Source of the DNA: Acidobacteriota bacterium
GTDB lineage: Bacteria; Acidobacteriota; Vicinamibacteria; Vicinamibacterales; UBA2999
NCBI GenBank assembly: GCA_041178345.1
Contig: JBEGVQ010000093.1
Coordinates: 14,496-78,495 of the forward strand
Length of the DNA: 64,000 nucleotides
Direction: 5' to 3'
Below, in pieces: positions 9,402 to 18,654 of the stretch (position 1 is the first letter of the stretch; each line of letters begins with the position of its first letter). The position numbers and the translations under genes are program-made. The notes under the pieces are model-generated. The model was not told the DNA's origin. It did no database searches and worked only from the letters and a program-made list of their open reading frames with translations.

Positions 9402-9413
9402 CGGAGGCCAATC

Positions 9414-11606
9414 ATGCGAAACAGAATATGGATGGCGGCGGCCCTGACCCTGGCGATGACCGGGTCGGCGGTCGCACAGAACCCGCCGACGCTTCCCGCT
9501 CTGACCGATCCGGTCGACGTGGCGCGCAGCCAGACGACCGGGAAGGTCTACGGCTCGATTGACTTTGGCGGCCGCATTACGCAGGTCGACGGCGACGAAG
9601 CGCGGTTCCAGCGCTACCGCGACCTGCGCGGCGGCATTTACGGCACCAACATGCTGCTCGGGCGCCGGACCGACGACTGGAACTTCGAAGTCCAGGGCTG
9701 GAACGCCGGGTATCGCGATCAGCGCTACCTGCTCAACTTCCAGCGGGTCGGCCGCCTCACGGCGAGCTTCCTGTGGGATCAGATACCGATGTTCATCAGC
9801 CGCGACACGCGGACCCTGTACACGCAGACCGCGCCGGGCGTGTTCCGCATCGAGGATGCGATCCAGCAGGAGATTCAAGCGGGCGCCCGCAACCTGCGCA
9901 ACTTCGAAAGCCAGGCGGTACGCTTCGACATGAAGACGGAGCGGCAGATCGGCCAGGCCGACGTCAAGTTCGCGTTCGACCGCTCCACCGACATCACGCT
10001 GCTGGTACGCAACACCACCCGCGATGGCGCCATCCCGTTTGGCGGTACTTTCGGATTCAACAACGCCGTCGAACTGCCGGTGCCGGTCGACTGGCGCCAC
10101 ACCGAGCTGCAGTCGGCACTCGAGTGGGGCAACGACACCGGCATGCTGCGCATCGGCTGGGACGGTTCGACCTTCGACAACAACGTCGAGAGCGTGACCT
10201 GGGACAACCCCCTGCGCTTCGGTCCCGACGCGGCCGGTCAGCCGTCGCAGGGCCGCATGTCGCTCTGGCCCGGCAACACCCTGACCTACCTGCACGGCAC
10301 CGGCGCCGTCAGCCTGCCGGCCCGCACCCGTCTGACTGCCTACGTCGCGTTGGGACAGGGCCGCAGCAACGAAGAACTGCTGCCGTTCACCATCAACACG
10401 GCGATTGCACCGATTGCGCTGGCGCGTTCGACCGCGCTGGCCGAAAACCAGATGACGATCGCGCAGTTCACGCTGGCGTCGCGGCCGTCGCGGGTGGTGT
10501 CCGTCAACGCCAAGTACCGCTATTCCAACGTCGACGTCCAGACGCCGGTCTTCGATCGGCCGCTGGGAGATGTGGCCTACGACACGACCTTCAGGCCAGC
10601 CGCGGCCGCGTCATCCGAGTACCACTCGGTCAAGCGCGCGACTTTCGACGCCGACGCGGCGTTCCAGCTGGTGCCGACCACCTCGCTTCGGGTCGGCTAC
10701 AGCCATCTCGCCTCTGACTACACCTATCGGATCTGGGAGCAGACCGCCGAGGACGTGTTCCGGGTCTCGCTCGACACGACCGGTAACCAGTACTTCATGT
10801 TCCGCGGCGTTTACGAGAACCGCACGCGCGAAGGCGAGCAGTTCGACGCCCACGTGCTGGCAGAGGTCGGCGAGCTGGCCGACATGCGCCACTACGATGT
10901 CGCCAACCGCGATCGGCAGCGGTTCACGCTGATCGCCAACGTCATGCCCGGCGGCATCTTCGGGCTGACCGCGTCGGCCGGTGTCGGCCGCGACGAGTAT
11001 CGCGACAGCGGCGCGGGCCTGCAGTCGTTCGACTCGGATCAGTACTCGGCGGGCTTCTCCGTGTCGCCCGACGACCGCTACAACCTGACCGCCAGCTACG
11101 GGTGGGAACGCTACGAGTCGCTGCAGCTGTCGCGCGGCGCCAACAACGCCGCAGACCAGGCCAACCCGCTGCGCAACTGGACCACCAACTACACCGGCAA
11201 GGTCAACTTCCTCGAGGCCGGGTTCGACATCGATGCGATCGAACGCACCGCGGTCCGGCTGTCGGCCGACTGGAACCGCTCGAACGACACCTATCTCTAC
11301 GGACTGGTCACCGGCTCGCCGCTGGTTGCGCCCGAGCAACTGCCGCCCGTGAAGAACGAGTTGCTGCGCGGCGAGATTGACGTGACTTACGAGCTGACCC
11401 GCAACCTGCGCTTCGGCGTGGCCTACTGGTACGACGACTACGACGTGCAGGACTTCGCGCTGGGGCCGACCACCTTGAGCGGCCTTGCCTTGCCGGCGGT
11501 CCAGGAGGGACAGCCGGTGGTCGCCACCAACGCGCTGCTGCTCGGTTACCTGTATCGGCCTTACACCGCCCATGCCGGTTTCGTGAAGTTCACCTACCTC
11601 TGGTAG
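9414..11606 (+). CDS. MtrB/PioB-family decaheme-associated outer-membrane beta-barrel protein
   Basis: 730 aa with a signal peptide. N-terminal ..ARFQRYRDLRGG.. block, alternating beta-strand pattern, aromatic C-terminus ..FVKFTYLW. Starts 12 nt after the decaheme gene. Confidence 0.8.
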   Translation: MRNRIWMAAALTLAMTGSAVAQNPPTLPALTDPVDVARSQTTGKVYGSIDFGGRITQVDGDEARFQRYRDLRGGIYGTNMLLGRRTDDWNFEVQGWNAGYRDQRYLLNFQRVGRLTASFLWDQIPMFISRDTRTLYTQTAPGVFRIEDAIQQEIQAGARNLRNFESQAVRFDMKTERQIGQADVKFAFDRSTDITLLVRNTTRDGAIPFGGTFGFNNAVELPVPVDWRHTELQSALEWGNDTGMLRIGWDGSTFDNNVESVTWDNPLRFGPDAAGQPSQGRMSLWPGNTLTYLHGTGAVSLPARTRLTAYVALGQGRSNEELLPFTINTAIAPIALARSTALAENQMTIAQFTLASRPSRVVSVNAKYRYSNVDVQTPVFDRPLGDVAYDTTFRPAAAASSEYHSVKRATFDADAAFQLVPTTSLRVGYSHLASDYTYRIWEQTAEDVFRVSLDTTGNQYFMFRGVYENRTREGEQFDAHVLAEVGELADMRHYDVANRDRQRFTLIANVMPGGIFGLTASAGVGRDEYRDSGAGLQSFDSDQYSAGFSVSPDDRYNLTASYGWERYESLQLSRGANNAADQANPLRNWTTNYTGKVNFLEAGFDIDAIERTAVRLSADWNRSNDTYLYGLVTGSPLVAPEQLPPVKNELLRGEIDVTYELTRNLRFGVAYWYDDYDVQDFALGPTTLSGLALPAVQEGQPVVATNALLLGYLYRPYTAHAGFVKFTYLW

Positions 11607-11637
11607 GTGGGCTCACAATCACCACAGGAGACATGCA

Positions 11638-12081
11638 GTGAACGAGGTACCCCGGCGACTGTTTCTTGACACAGTACTCGGACTTGGATTTGTGTCGACG
11701 GCCATCGCCATCCTCTATCCGGTTTGGCGTTACGTCATCCCACCGGCGTCGGCTGAACCGGCGACCGACAGCGTGGTTGCAGGCAAGGTGTCGGAATTCA
11801 GACCAAACTCGGGAGCGGTCCTGAAGTTCGGCACCAAGCCCGCGCTTCTGGTGCGGACCAGCGACGGCCAGTTCAAGGCTTTCAACGCCGTGTGCACGCA
11901 TCTCGACTGCACGGTGCAATACAAGTCGGACACCTCGCAGATCTGGTGCCCGTGTCACAACGGCTTCTACGACCTCTCCGGCGCGGTCGTGTCGGGCCCG
12001 CCGCCGCGCCCGCTCGAGAGCTTCCAGGTGAACCTGCGCGGCGAGCCCGGGCAGGAAGACGTCGTCATCTCACGCACGTGA
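11638..12081 (+). CDS. Rieske [2Fe-2S] subunit of a cytochrome bc-type complex
   Basis: RR motif (VPRRLFL) plus TM helix; [14 protein letters not shown] cluster boxes. Confidence 0.9.
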   Translation: MNEVPRRLFLDTVLGLGFVSTAIAILYPVWRYVIPPASAEPATDSVVAGKVSEFRPNSGAVLKFGTKPALLVRTSDGQFKAFNAVCTHLDCTVQYKSDTSQIWCPCHNGFYDLSGAVVSGPPPRPLESFQVNLRGEPGQEDVVISRT

Positions 12082-12100
12082 CCCAGGAGAAAGTGGCGCC

Positions 12101-13180
12101 GTGACCCAGCAGGTGTTGGCGTGGCTCGACGAGCGGCTCGACCTGAGCGCGCTACGCGCCTTTGTGGCCGAGAAGACCGTGCCGAAACATCGGCACAGCG
12201 TCTGGTACTACATGGGCGGCATCACCTTGTTCCTGGTGGGCGTCCAGGTGGCCACTGGCATCTTGCTGCTGCTCTACTACCGCCCCAGCGCGAGCGAGGC
12301 CTACGAGAGCGTCCAGTTCATCGTCAGCCAGGTGCAGTTTGGCTGGTTGATCCGCAACCTCCATGCCTGGTCGGCCAACCTGCTGATCCTGATGGCGTTC
12401 GTGCACCTGTTCAGCACGTTCTTCCTGCGCGCCTACCGCAAGCCGCGCGAACTGACCTGGGTGACCGGTGTCCTGTTGCTCTTCATCATGCTGGCTTTCG
12501 GCTTCAGCGGCTACCTGCTGCCGTGGAATGAGCTGGCGTTTTTCGCCACCAAGGTCGGCACCGGCAGCGCCGGCGCCGTCCCGGTGGTCGGCGACTTCAT
12601 CGTTCGCTTCCTGCGTGGTGGTGACGATGTGACCGGCGCGACGCTGACGCGGTTCTACGGCATCCACGTCGCCATCCTGCCCGCCATCACCACCGTGTTG
12701 CTCGGAGCGCACCTGCTGTTCATCCAGCGGCAGGGCATGAGCGTGCCCTTGAGCGTGGAGAAGCGGGAAAAGGCTGGCGAGAAGATCCCCCAGGAGCCGT
12801 TCTTCCCAAACTATGTCCTGCACGACGTGATGTGGTGGTACGTCGCGCTGGCAGTGCTCGCCGCGCTGTCGCTGTTCCTGCCGTGGGAGTTGGGCACGAA
12901 AGCGGATGCGTTTGCGTCGGTGCCGGCGGGCATTCGCCCCGAGTGGTATTTCCTCGCCATGTTCCAGACGCTGAAGCTGATCCCCAGCCACGTGATGGGA
13001 CTCGAAGGCGAGATGCTGGGCGTGCTCGGCTTCAGTGTCGCAGCCGGGCTGCTGCTGGTGATGCCGTTTCTCGATCGCCACGCGGCCGACGGCCGGCCTA
13101 GCAAACTGATCACCGCCGCGGGAATCCTCGCGGTCATTTACCTGGTCGTGTTCACCATATATGGCTACCTGGCTGCGTAA
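12101..13180 (+). CDS. cytochrome b subunit (b6 plus subunit IV-like fusion)
   Basis: Typical N-terminus ..[20 protein letters not shown].., heme-ligand His pairs in TM helices, PEWYFL motif. Confidence 0.92.
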   Translation: MTQQVLAWLDERLDLSALRAFVAEKTVPKHRHSVWYYMGGITLFLVGVQVATGILLLLYYRPSASEAYESVQFIVSQVQFGWLIRNLHAWSANLLILMAFVHLFSTFFLRAYRKPRELTWVTGVLLLFIMLAFGFSGYLLPWNELAFFATKVGTGSAGAVPVVGDFIVRFLRGGDDVTGATLTRFYGIHVAILPAITTVLLGAHLLFIQRQGMSVPLSVEKREKAGEKIPQEPFFPNYVLHDVMWWYVALAVLAALSLFLPWELGTKADAFASVPAGIRPEWYFLAMFQTLKLIPSHVMGLEGEMLGVLGFSVAAGLLLVMPFLDRHAADGRPSKLITAAGILAVIYLVVFTIYGYLAA

Positions 13181-14429
13181 CCTCACCTTCGTCGTGGCTG
13201 TGGTGCTGGCGCTGGCGGCGCCGGCCGCGGCCCAGCCCGCCCAGACTTCGGGATGCGAGACGTGCCACAAGGAGCATCCGCAACCGGCGCTGTCCACGCC
13301 GGCCCGCGACTTCTTGGCCACCGATGTCCATCGCGAGCGCGGCTTTACGTGCGTCGATTGCCACGGCGGGAACCCGAACGAAACCGACCAGGTGCGAGCC
13401 AAGGCGCCCGCCACCGGGTTCAAGGGCAAGCCCTCCCCCCAAGGGGTGACGGCCGTCTGCGCCCGGTGCCACAGCGACGCCGCGTTCATGCGCAAGTACG
13501 CGCCCAAGCAGCGGGTCGATCAGGAAGCCGAGTACGCGACCAGCGTGCACGGGCAGCAACTGGCCAAGGGCGACACCAAGGTCGCGACCTGCATCAGTTG
13601 CCATGGCGCGCACGGCGTGCGCCTGGTCAGCGATGCCAAGTCGCCGGTGTATCCGGTCAACGTCGCGGCGACCTGCACCACGTGCCACGCCGACACCGAG
13701 CGCATGAAGGGCTACAAACTGCCCGACGGATCGCCGCTGCCCACCGACCAGCGCGTCAAGTACGAGAAGAGCGTGCACTACACCGCCATGACGCAGCGCA
13801 GCGACTTGTCAGCGCCAACCTGCAACGACTGCCATGGCAACCACGGCGCCGCCCCACCGGGCGTCGGCGCCGTCACCAACGTCTGCGGCACCTGCCACGG
13901 CGTGTTCGCGACCAAGTTTGCGCTGAGCACCCATCGCCAGATCTTCGACCGTGGCTGCGTCGAGTGCCACAGCAACCACGAGATCATTGAGCCGACCGAC
14001 GCGATGCTCGGCACCGACAAGTCCAGCATGTGCATCACCTGCCACAGCGACGGCGACAACGGCTTCAAGGCCGCCGCCGGCATGCGGGCAGAGATCGACA
14101 AGCTGAAGGCGGCGATCGACCGCTCGCACGCGCTGGTGTCCAGCGCGGAGAACGCCGGCATGGCGATGGACGAGCAGAGCCTGGCGTTGCGTGAGGCGGC
14201 CAACCACCTGACCCTCGCCCGGACCGAGATGCACGCCTTCGAGCCCAAGGCGGTCACGACGGTCCTCGAAGCGGGCCTGGGTATCACCGCCAAGGTGGAT
14301 GCCGAGGGGCAAGCCGCGCTGGAAGAAGTGTCGTTCCGCAAGACCGGCCTGGCGGTGTCGCTCGGCGCCATTCTGCTGGTGGTGGTCGCGCTGTGGCTGA
14401 AGATTCGCAGCCTCAGGGCGACCGATTGA
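13161..14429 (+). CDS. nonaheme c-type cytochrome with a C-terminal membrane anchor
   Basis: Nine CxxCH motifs, signal peptide, C-terminal TM ([17 protein letters not shown]). Overlaps the cyt b gene by 20 nt. Confidence 0.85.
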   Translation: MATWLRNLTFVVAVVLALAAPAAAQPAQTSGCETCHKEHPQPALSTPARDFLATDVHRERGFTCVDCHGGNPNETDQVRAKAPATGFKGKPSPQGVTAVCARCHSDAAFMRKYAPKQRVDQEAEYATSVHGQQLAKGDTKVATCISCHGAHGVRLVSDAKSPVYPVNVAATCTTCHADTERMKGYKLPDGSPLPTDQRVKYEKSVHYTAMTQRSDLSAPTCNDCHGNHGAAPPGVGAVTNVCGTCHGVFATKFALSTHRQIFDRGCVECHSNHEIIEPTDAMLGTDKSSMCITCHSDGDNGFKAAAGMRAEIDKLKAAIDRSHALVSSAENAGMAMDEQSLALREAANHLTLARTEMHAFEPKAVTTVLEAGLGITAKVDAEGQAALEEVSFRKTGLAVSLGAILLVVVALWLKIRSLRATD

Positions 14430-14444
14430 ACGCAGATTAGCGCC

Positions 14445-14460
14445 GGGCACGGCGATTGCT
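14445..14460 (+). promoter_or_regulatory. candidate sigma-54 (-24/-12) promoter GGGCACGGCGATTGCT
   Basis: GGCACG-N4-TTGCT with correct GG-N10-GC spacing, about 20 nt upstream of the usp GTG. Confidence 0.55.
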
Positions 14461-14481
14461 TCACCCTCGGATGGAGCCACC

Positions 14482-15420
14482 GTGTCGTTACCAACCCCCG
14501 TCATTATCTCGCGCATCCTCTGCCCAATCGACTTTTCGGAACCATCGCACCGGGCACTGCACCACGCCACGGCGATTGCGCGCTGGTACGGCGCCCACCT
14601 GCGGGTCCTCCACGTGTTCGTGCTGACGCCGCCGGTCGGCATCCTGCCGTTGCTGGCCAGTCCTCCCAAGACGTTCACGCTGGCACCCGGCGACCGCGAG
14701 ACGATTGCCGGGCACATGCGCCAGATCGCCACCGCGGCCGGTGCCGAGACCACGGCCGACATGGTCGTCGCCGAGTCGCCGAGCGTTACCGCCGAGATCC
14801 TCGACCAGGCGCTGACCTGGCCGGCCGACCTGGTGGTCATGGGCAACCACGGTCACGGCGGGCTGACGCGGCTGGTGCTGGGATCGGTCGCCGAACGGGT
14901 GCTCCGGCTGGCACCCTGCCCCGTGCTGATCGTGCCGCACGGCACGGACCACGCCGTGCCGCCGGGCAACGTCGAGTTCGACCGCATCCTGTGCGCGGTG
15001 GACTTCTCGGAAAGCTCGCGCGACGCCCTCGGCTACGCGCTGTCGCTCGGCGCCGAGGCCGGCGCGCACGTCACCATCCTGAACGCCATCGAAGTGCCAC
15101 TCGAGCTGCGGGAGCCACCCGCCTCGTACGACTACAACCTCGAGGACTTGAAGATCCGGGCCGAGGAATCACAACTGCTTCGCCTCGAAGCCCTGATCCC
15201 ATTCGCGGTGCGCGACTACTGCACCGTGGAGGCGGCGGTGGTCGAAGGCAAGGCGTCGCGGGAGGTGCTGCGCATGGCGGCCGCCAGGAAGGTCGACCTG
15301 ATTGTGATGGGGGTGCACGGGCGCAACGCCGTCAGCCGCGCCGTGTTCGGCTCGAACGTCCAGGACGTTATTCGTCACGCGACGTGTCCGGTGTTGATCG
15401 TGCATTCACAGCATTCGTAG
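14482..15420 (+). CDS. tandem-domain universal stress protein
   Basis: Two UspA domains (..VMGNHGHGGLTRLVLGSVAERV.. and ..VMGVHGRNAVSRAVFGSNVQDV..). Confidence 0.9.
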   Translation: MSLPTPVIISRILCPIDFSEPSHRALHHATAIARWYGAHLRVLHVFVLTPPVGILPLLASPPKTFTLAPGDRETIAGHMRQIATAAGAETTADMVVAESPSVTAEILDQALTWPADLVVMGNHGHGGLTRLVLGSVAERVLRLAPCPVLIVPHGTDHAVPPGNVEFDRILCAVDFSESSRDALGYALSLGAEAGAHVTILNAIEVPLELREPPASYDYNLEDLKIRAEESQLLRLEALIPFAVRDYCTVEAAVVEGKASREVLRMAAARKVDLIVMGVHGRNAVSRAVFGSNVQDVIRHATCPVLIVHSQHS

Positions 15421-15510
15421 GTAAATTTCAGCATCCCCCCTGAAAAAGCCCGCAGCGGTCACCCCGCTCCCGCGAGGCGCCCTGATTTCGGCCATATTTC
15501 GCCTGCCGCC

Positions 15511-15526
15511 GGGCACGCGGATTGCT
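15511..15526 (+). promoter_or_regulatory. candidate sigma-54 (-24/-12) promoter GGGCACGCGGATTGCT
   Basis: Differs from the 14445 element at two positions inside the N4 spacer. Lies 59 nt upstream of the hsp20 ATG. TTTCAG-N8-CTGAAA inverted repeat at 15426..15445, about 85 nt upstream. Confidence 0.55.
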
Positions 15527-15584
15527 GTCTTCCTTGTGTTGCCTCCCCGCCATTCCGGCGGAGCGCACATCGGAGGTGTAAGTC

Positions 15585-16094
15585 ATGTTCCGCAACAGAG
15601 AAACCACCCTGGCCCGGACCGGACGCGATCCATTTGCCCTGCTTCGCCAGATGACCACCGACTTCGATCGGCTGTTCGGCGAAGCGGGATGGCCGGCGCT
15701 GCGGTCGCAGCGATTCGCTGACGCGGCCGCGTGGAACCCGCGAATTGACGTGTTCGAGAAGGACAACCGCCTGGTGACGAAGGTCGACCTGCCCGGCCTG
15801 AAGAAGGACGACGTCAAGGTCGAAGTGACTGACGGACAGCTCGCCATTTCGGGTGAACGCAAGAGCGAAACCGAGGAAAAGAAGGACGACTTCTATCGCT
15901 GCGAGCGCGAGTACGGCAGCTTCTACCGCGCCGTGCCGCTGCCCGAGGGCGTGAAGCTCGAAGACGTGAAGGCGAGCTTCGCCGATGGCGTGCTCGAAGT
16001 CAGTGTGCCGATGCCGGCCAAGACCGTCGCCCCAGCCGCCCGCAAGGTCGAGATCCAGGACGGCGCCAAGGCCATCAAGGCGGCTGCCGCCTAG
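15585..16094 (+). CDS. Hsp20/alpha-crystallin small heat-shock protein
   Basis: Alpha-crystallin domain ..PRIDVFEKDNRLVTKVDLPGLKKDDVKVEV..GVLEVSVP. Confidence 0.93.
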   Translation: MFRNRETTLARTGRDPFALLRQMTTDFDRLFGEAGWPALRSQRFADAAAWNPRIDVFEKDNRLVTKVDLPGLKKDDVKVEVTDGQLAISGERKSETEEKKDDFYRCEREYGSFYRAVPLPEGVKLEDVKASFADGVLEVSVPMPAKTVAPAARKVEIQDGAKAIKAAAA

Positions 16095-16144
16095 CAGGCT
16101 CGCCGTGTAGCGCCCCACGCGGCGGCGCAGTAGGAGATCCTGGC

Positions 16145-16742
16145 ATGCGCTGGATCGTCGTCGGCGTATTGGCGCTACACGGCCTCATTCACGCGATGGG
16201 GTTCGCGAAGGCGTTCGGCCTGGCTGAACTGCCACAACTGGTCCAGCCCATCTCGCGCGCGATGGGCGTGGCGTGGCTGCTGGCCGGCGGGAGTGCGCTC
16301 CGAATGCGCCCGGTTCGGTGCCATTCCGATCGCGGACGCCAGGGGTGACGAAATGGACCGCTCTGAAGCGGTCACGTTGCTCAACGACATGTGCCTGCTG
16401 GCGCCTAGCACATTGCTCGATCCGGCCATCCGCTGGCAACCAGGCGACGGGCCGACGGCGCGCGCGCAGTTCACGAGCGGCGCACACACCATCTCGGCCG
16501 TGCTCGAGTTTGGCGAGGATGGGCTCTTGTCCAACTTCGTGTCCGATGACCGGTCGCGCTCGTCACCGGACGGCAAGTCGTTTACGCCGCTGCGATTCTC
16601 CACGCCGGTCCGCAACTACCGCGCCTTCGGTCCCGCGCGGTTGATGGGCTTCGGCGAAGCACGGTGGCTACTACCCGAGGGGGAGTTCGTCTATGGGGAG
16701 TTCGAACTGCAGGACGTGACCATGAACCGACGGCCGCGCTAG
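16145..16742 (+). pseudogene. decayed gene: N-terminal TM segment and C-terminal domain of one family, joined out of frame with the middle missing
   Basis: ORFs 16145..16348 (MRWIVVGVLALHGLIHAMGFAKAFGLAELPQLVQPISR..) and 16293..16742 (..EMDRSEAVTLLNDMCLLAPSTLLDPAIRW..) lie in different frames. The span is 598 nt, not a multiple of 3. Confidence 0.6.
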
Positions 16743-16749
16743 TGGCGTT

Positions 16750-16767
16750 ATCCGGCTAAAGCCGGAT
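16750..16767. repeat. REP-like hairpin copy ATCCGGC-TAAA-GCCGGAT
   Basis: Same architecture as 2626..2643 and the same 3' flank (GCSACA). Intergenic. Confidence 0.5.
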
Positions 16768-16830
16768 GCGACACGGTGCGTGCAATGAAGCACAGCATGA
16801 GACCCGGACATCACCGACAATGGAGGTAAC

Positions 16831-17427
16831 GTGAGCGTGAACCTGCGCCTCGCCTTCGCGGCCCTCCTGCCCTGCGCCTTGCTGGCGTCGGTCGCCTTGG
16901 CGCAGGCTCCCGCGACCCCGCCCCCCGCAAAGCCCGCGGCCGCGGTTGACGGCGTGATCGTCGCCGATTTCACCGCCCGCATTACCGCTTACGCTGAACT
17001 GCGGCGAACGCTCGAGGCAGGCCTGCCCGGACTGGTCGTGACCGCCAACAGCAACGAGATTCGGCGCGCCGAAGAAGCGCTGGCCAGGCGCATCCGGCTG
17101 GCGCGCGAGCGCGCCAAGCAGGGCGACATCTTCACGCCGGAGATCAACGCGGCGTTCAAGCAGCTGTTGATGGGGGTGACGAAGCCCGGCATCTGCGCGG
17201 CCATCCTCGAGGACAATCCCGGCAACATCCCGTTCCGCCCCAGCGCCCCGTACCCGCGGGACTCATCGCTCTCGACAGTTCCGCCGAGCGTGCTGGGCGT
17301 GCTGCCGACCCTGCCGGACGACGTCCAGTATCGGTTTCTCGATCGCGACCTGATCCTCTACGACACGCGCGCCAACATGATGCTCGATCGGATCCCGTCG
17401 GCGATTCGCTGCACGCCGATCCGCTGA
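16831..17427 (+). CDS. secreted hypothetical protein
   Basis: GGAGG Shine-Dalgarno before GTG 16831; signal peptide ..LASVALAQA. No family recognised. Confidence 0.6.
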   Translation: MSVNLRLAFAALLPCALLASVALAQAPATPPPAKPAAAVDGVIVADFTARITAYAELRRTLEAGLPGLVVTANSNEIRRAEEALARRIRLARERAKQGDIFTPEINAAFKQLLMGVTKPGICAAILEDNPGNIPFRPSAPYPRDSSLSTVPPSVLGVLPTLPDDVQYRFLDRDLILYDTRANMMLDRIPSAIRCTPIR

Positions 17428-17444
17428 TCGGCGCGGCCGGCAGG

Positions 17445-18653
17445 TCACGACTCGCGTGACGCGCGGACCTCCACCAACGCGCCGTCCACCACCCGGTCAT
17501 TGGGGTGGACCACCACCTGCGCGCCCGCCTCGAGGCCGGATTGAATCTCGGCCTCTTCGGCGTTGCGCTGGCCGACCGCGACCGTGACGCGGCGAATCCG
17601 ATCACCGTCCACCACGAACACCGCCCACTGGTCGCCCTGCCGCACCAGCGCGCTGGTCGGCACCTTTACCACGTCGGCCGCCTCCCAGATCACGATCCGC
17701 ACTTCCACGCGGTAGCCATCGCCCAGTGCGTTCCAGGCTCCGGCGGGGTCCTCGAAGTCCATCACCACGTTGACCCGCTGCTCTTCGACACCGAGCGCAG
17801 AGATCTTCGTGAAGCCCGACGGCTCCACTCGCCGCACCGTCGCCGTCAGCACCCGGTCGCCGCCCCACTGCTCGATGCGGACCTTCGCGCCGGGTTTCAC
17901 GCGCACCGCGTCGGTCGACAACAGGTCCGACACGATCTCGAGGTCTTCGTCAGGGTTGCCGATCTCGAGCAGCGGCTCGCCGGCCGCGACCACGCTCTCG
18001 CTCTCGCGCAGGCGCTTCAGCACGACGCCGTCGGCCGGCGCGGTGACCGTCAGGACGCGGCCGCTGGCCTCCAGGGTCGGCGCCATCAGCCGCGCGGTGG
18101 CCTGGTCGAACTGCGAGCGGGCCCCGGCGACGGCGAACTCAGCCGCGCGCACGGCTTCTTCGGCGGCGTTGGCGTTGGTTTCGGCTGCGTCGACGGCCTG
18201 CCGGGTCGTCAGCTGCGCGGCCGCCAGGTCGCGCTGGCGCCCGAGGTCGGCGCGCGCCAGGCCGGCCGCGGCCGTGGCCCGGCGCAGCTCGGCCTCGGCG
18301 CGGCCCAGGGCGGCGCGCGCGACGGCCACCGCGGCGTCGGCCTCGGCGCGGCTGCGCGCGTCCATCAACGCCGGCGCTTCGGCGCGAACCCGCGCCACCA
18401 CCGTCGTCCCACGGATAACGGGATCCCCCGTCTCGAGCTCGCTGCGCAGGACCCGTCCGGTCAGCGGCGCCGAGACGACGTAACGATGCCGGACCCGGGT
18501 CTCGCCCTCGTCATCCACGGTGACGGTCAACGGGCCGCGGGTGCTGGGCATGACGTCGACCGGCACCGGCGCCGGCCAGATCGCGACCGCCACCACGGCG
18601 CCGACGACCAGCACAACGAGCAACCAACGCCAATAACGGCTCATGGCGATCAC
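17445..18653 (-). CDS. efflux periplasmic adaptor subunit (HlyD/MacA-like)
   Basis: N-terminal TM helix, long Ala/Arg-rich coiled-coil hairpin, C-terminal beta-barrel part. Starts 2 nt downstream of the permease gene. Confidence 0.85.
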   Translation of the reverse strand: MIAMSRYWRWLLVVLVVGAVVAVAIWPAPVPVDVMPSTRGPLTVTVDDEGETRVRHRYVVSAPLTGRVLRSELETGDPVIRGTTVVARVRAEAPALMDARSRAEADAAVAVARAALGRAEAELRRATAAAGLARADLGRQRDLAAAQLTTRQAVDAAETNANAAEEAVRAAEFAVAGARSQFDQATARLMAPTLEASGRVLTVTAPADGVVLKRLRESESVVAAGEPLLEIGNPDEDLEIVSDLLSTDAVRVKPGAKVRIEQWGGDRVLTATVRRVEPSGFTKISALGVEEQRVNVVMDFEDPAGAWNALGDGYRVEVRIVIWEAADVVKVPTSALVRQGDQWAVFVVDGDRIRRVTVAVGQRNAEEAEIQSGLEAGAQVVVHPNDRVVDGALVEVRASRES

Positions 18654-18654
18654 C

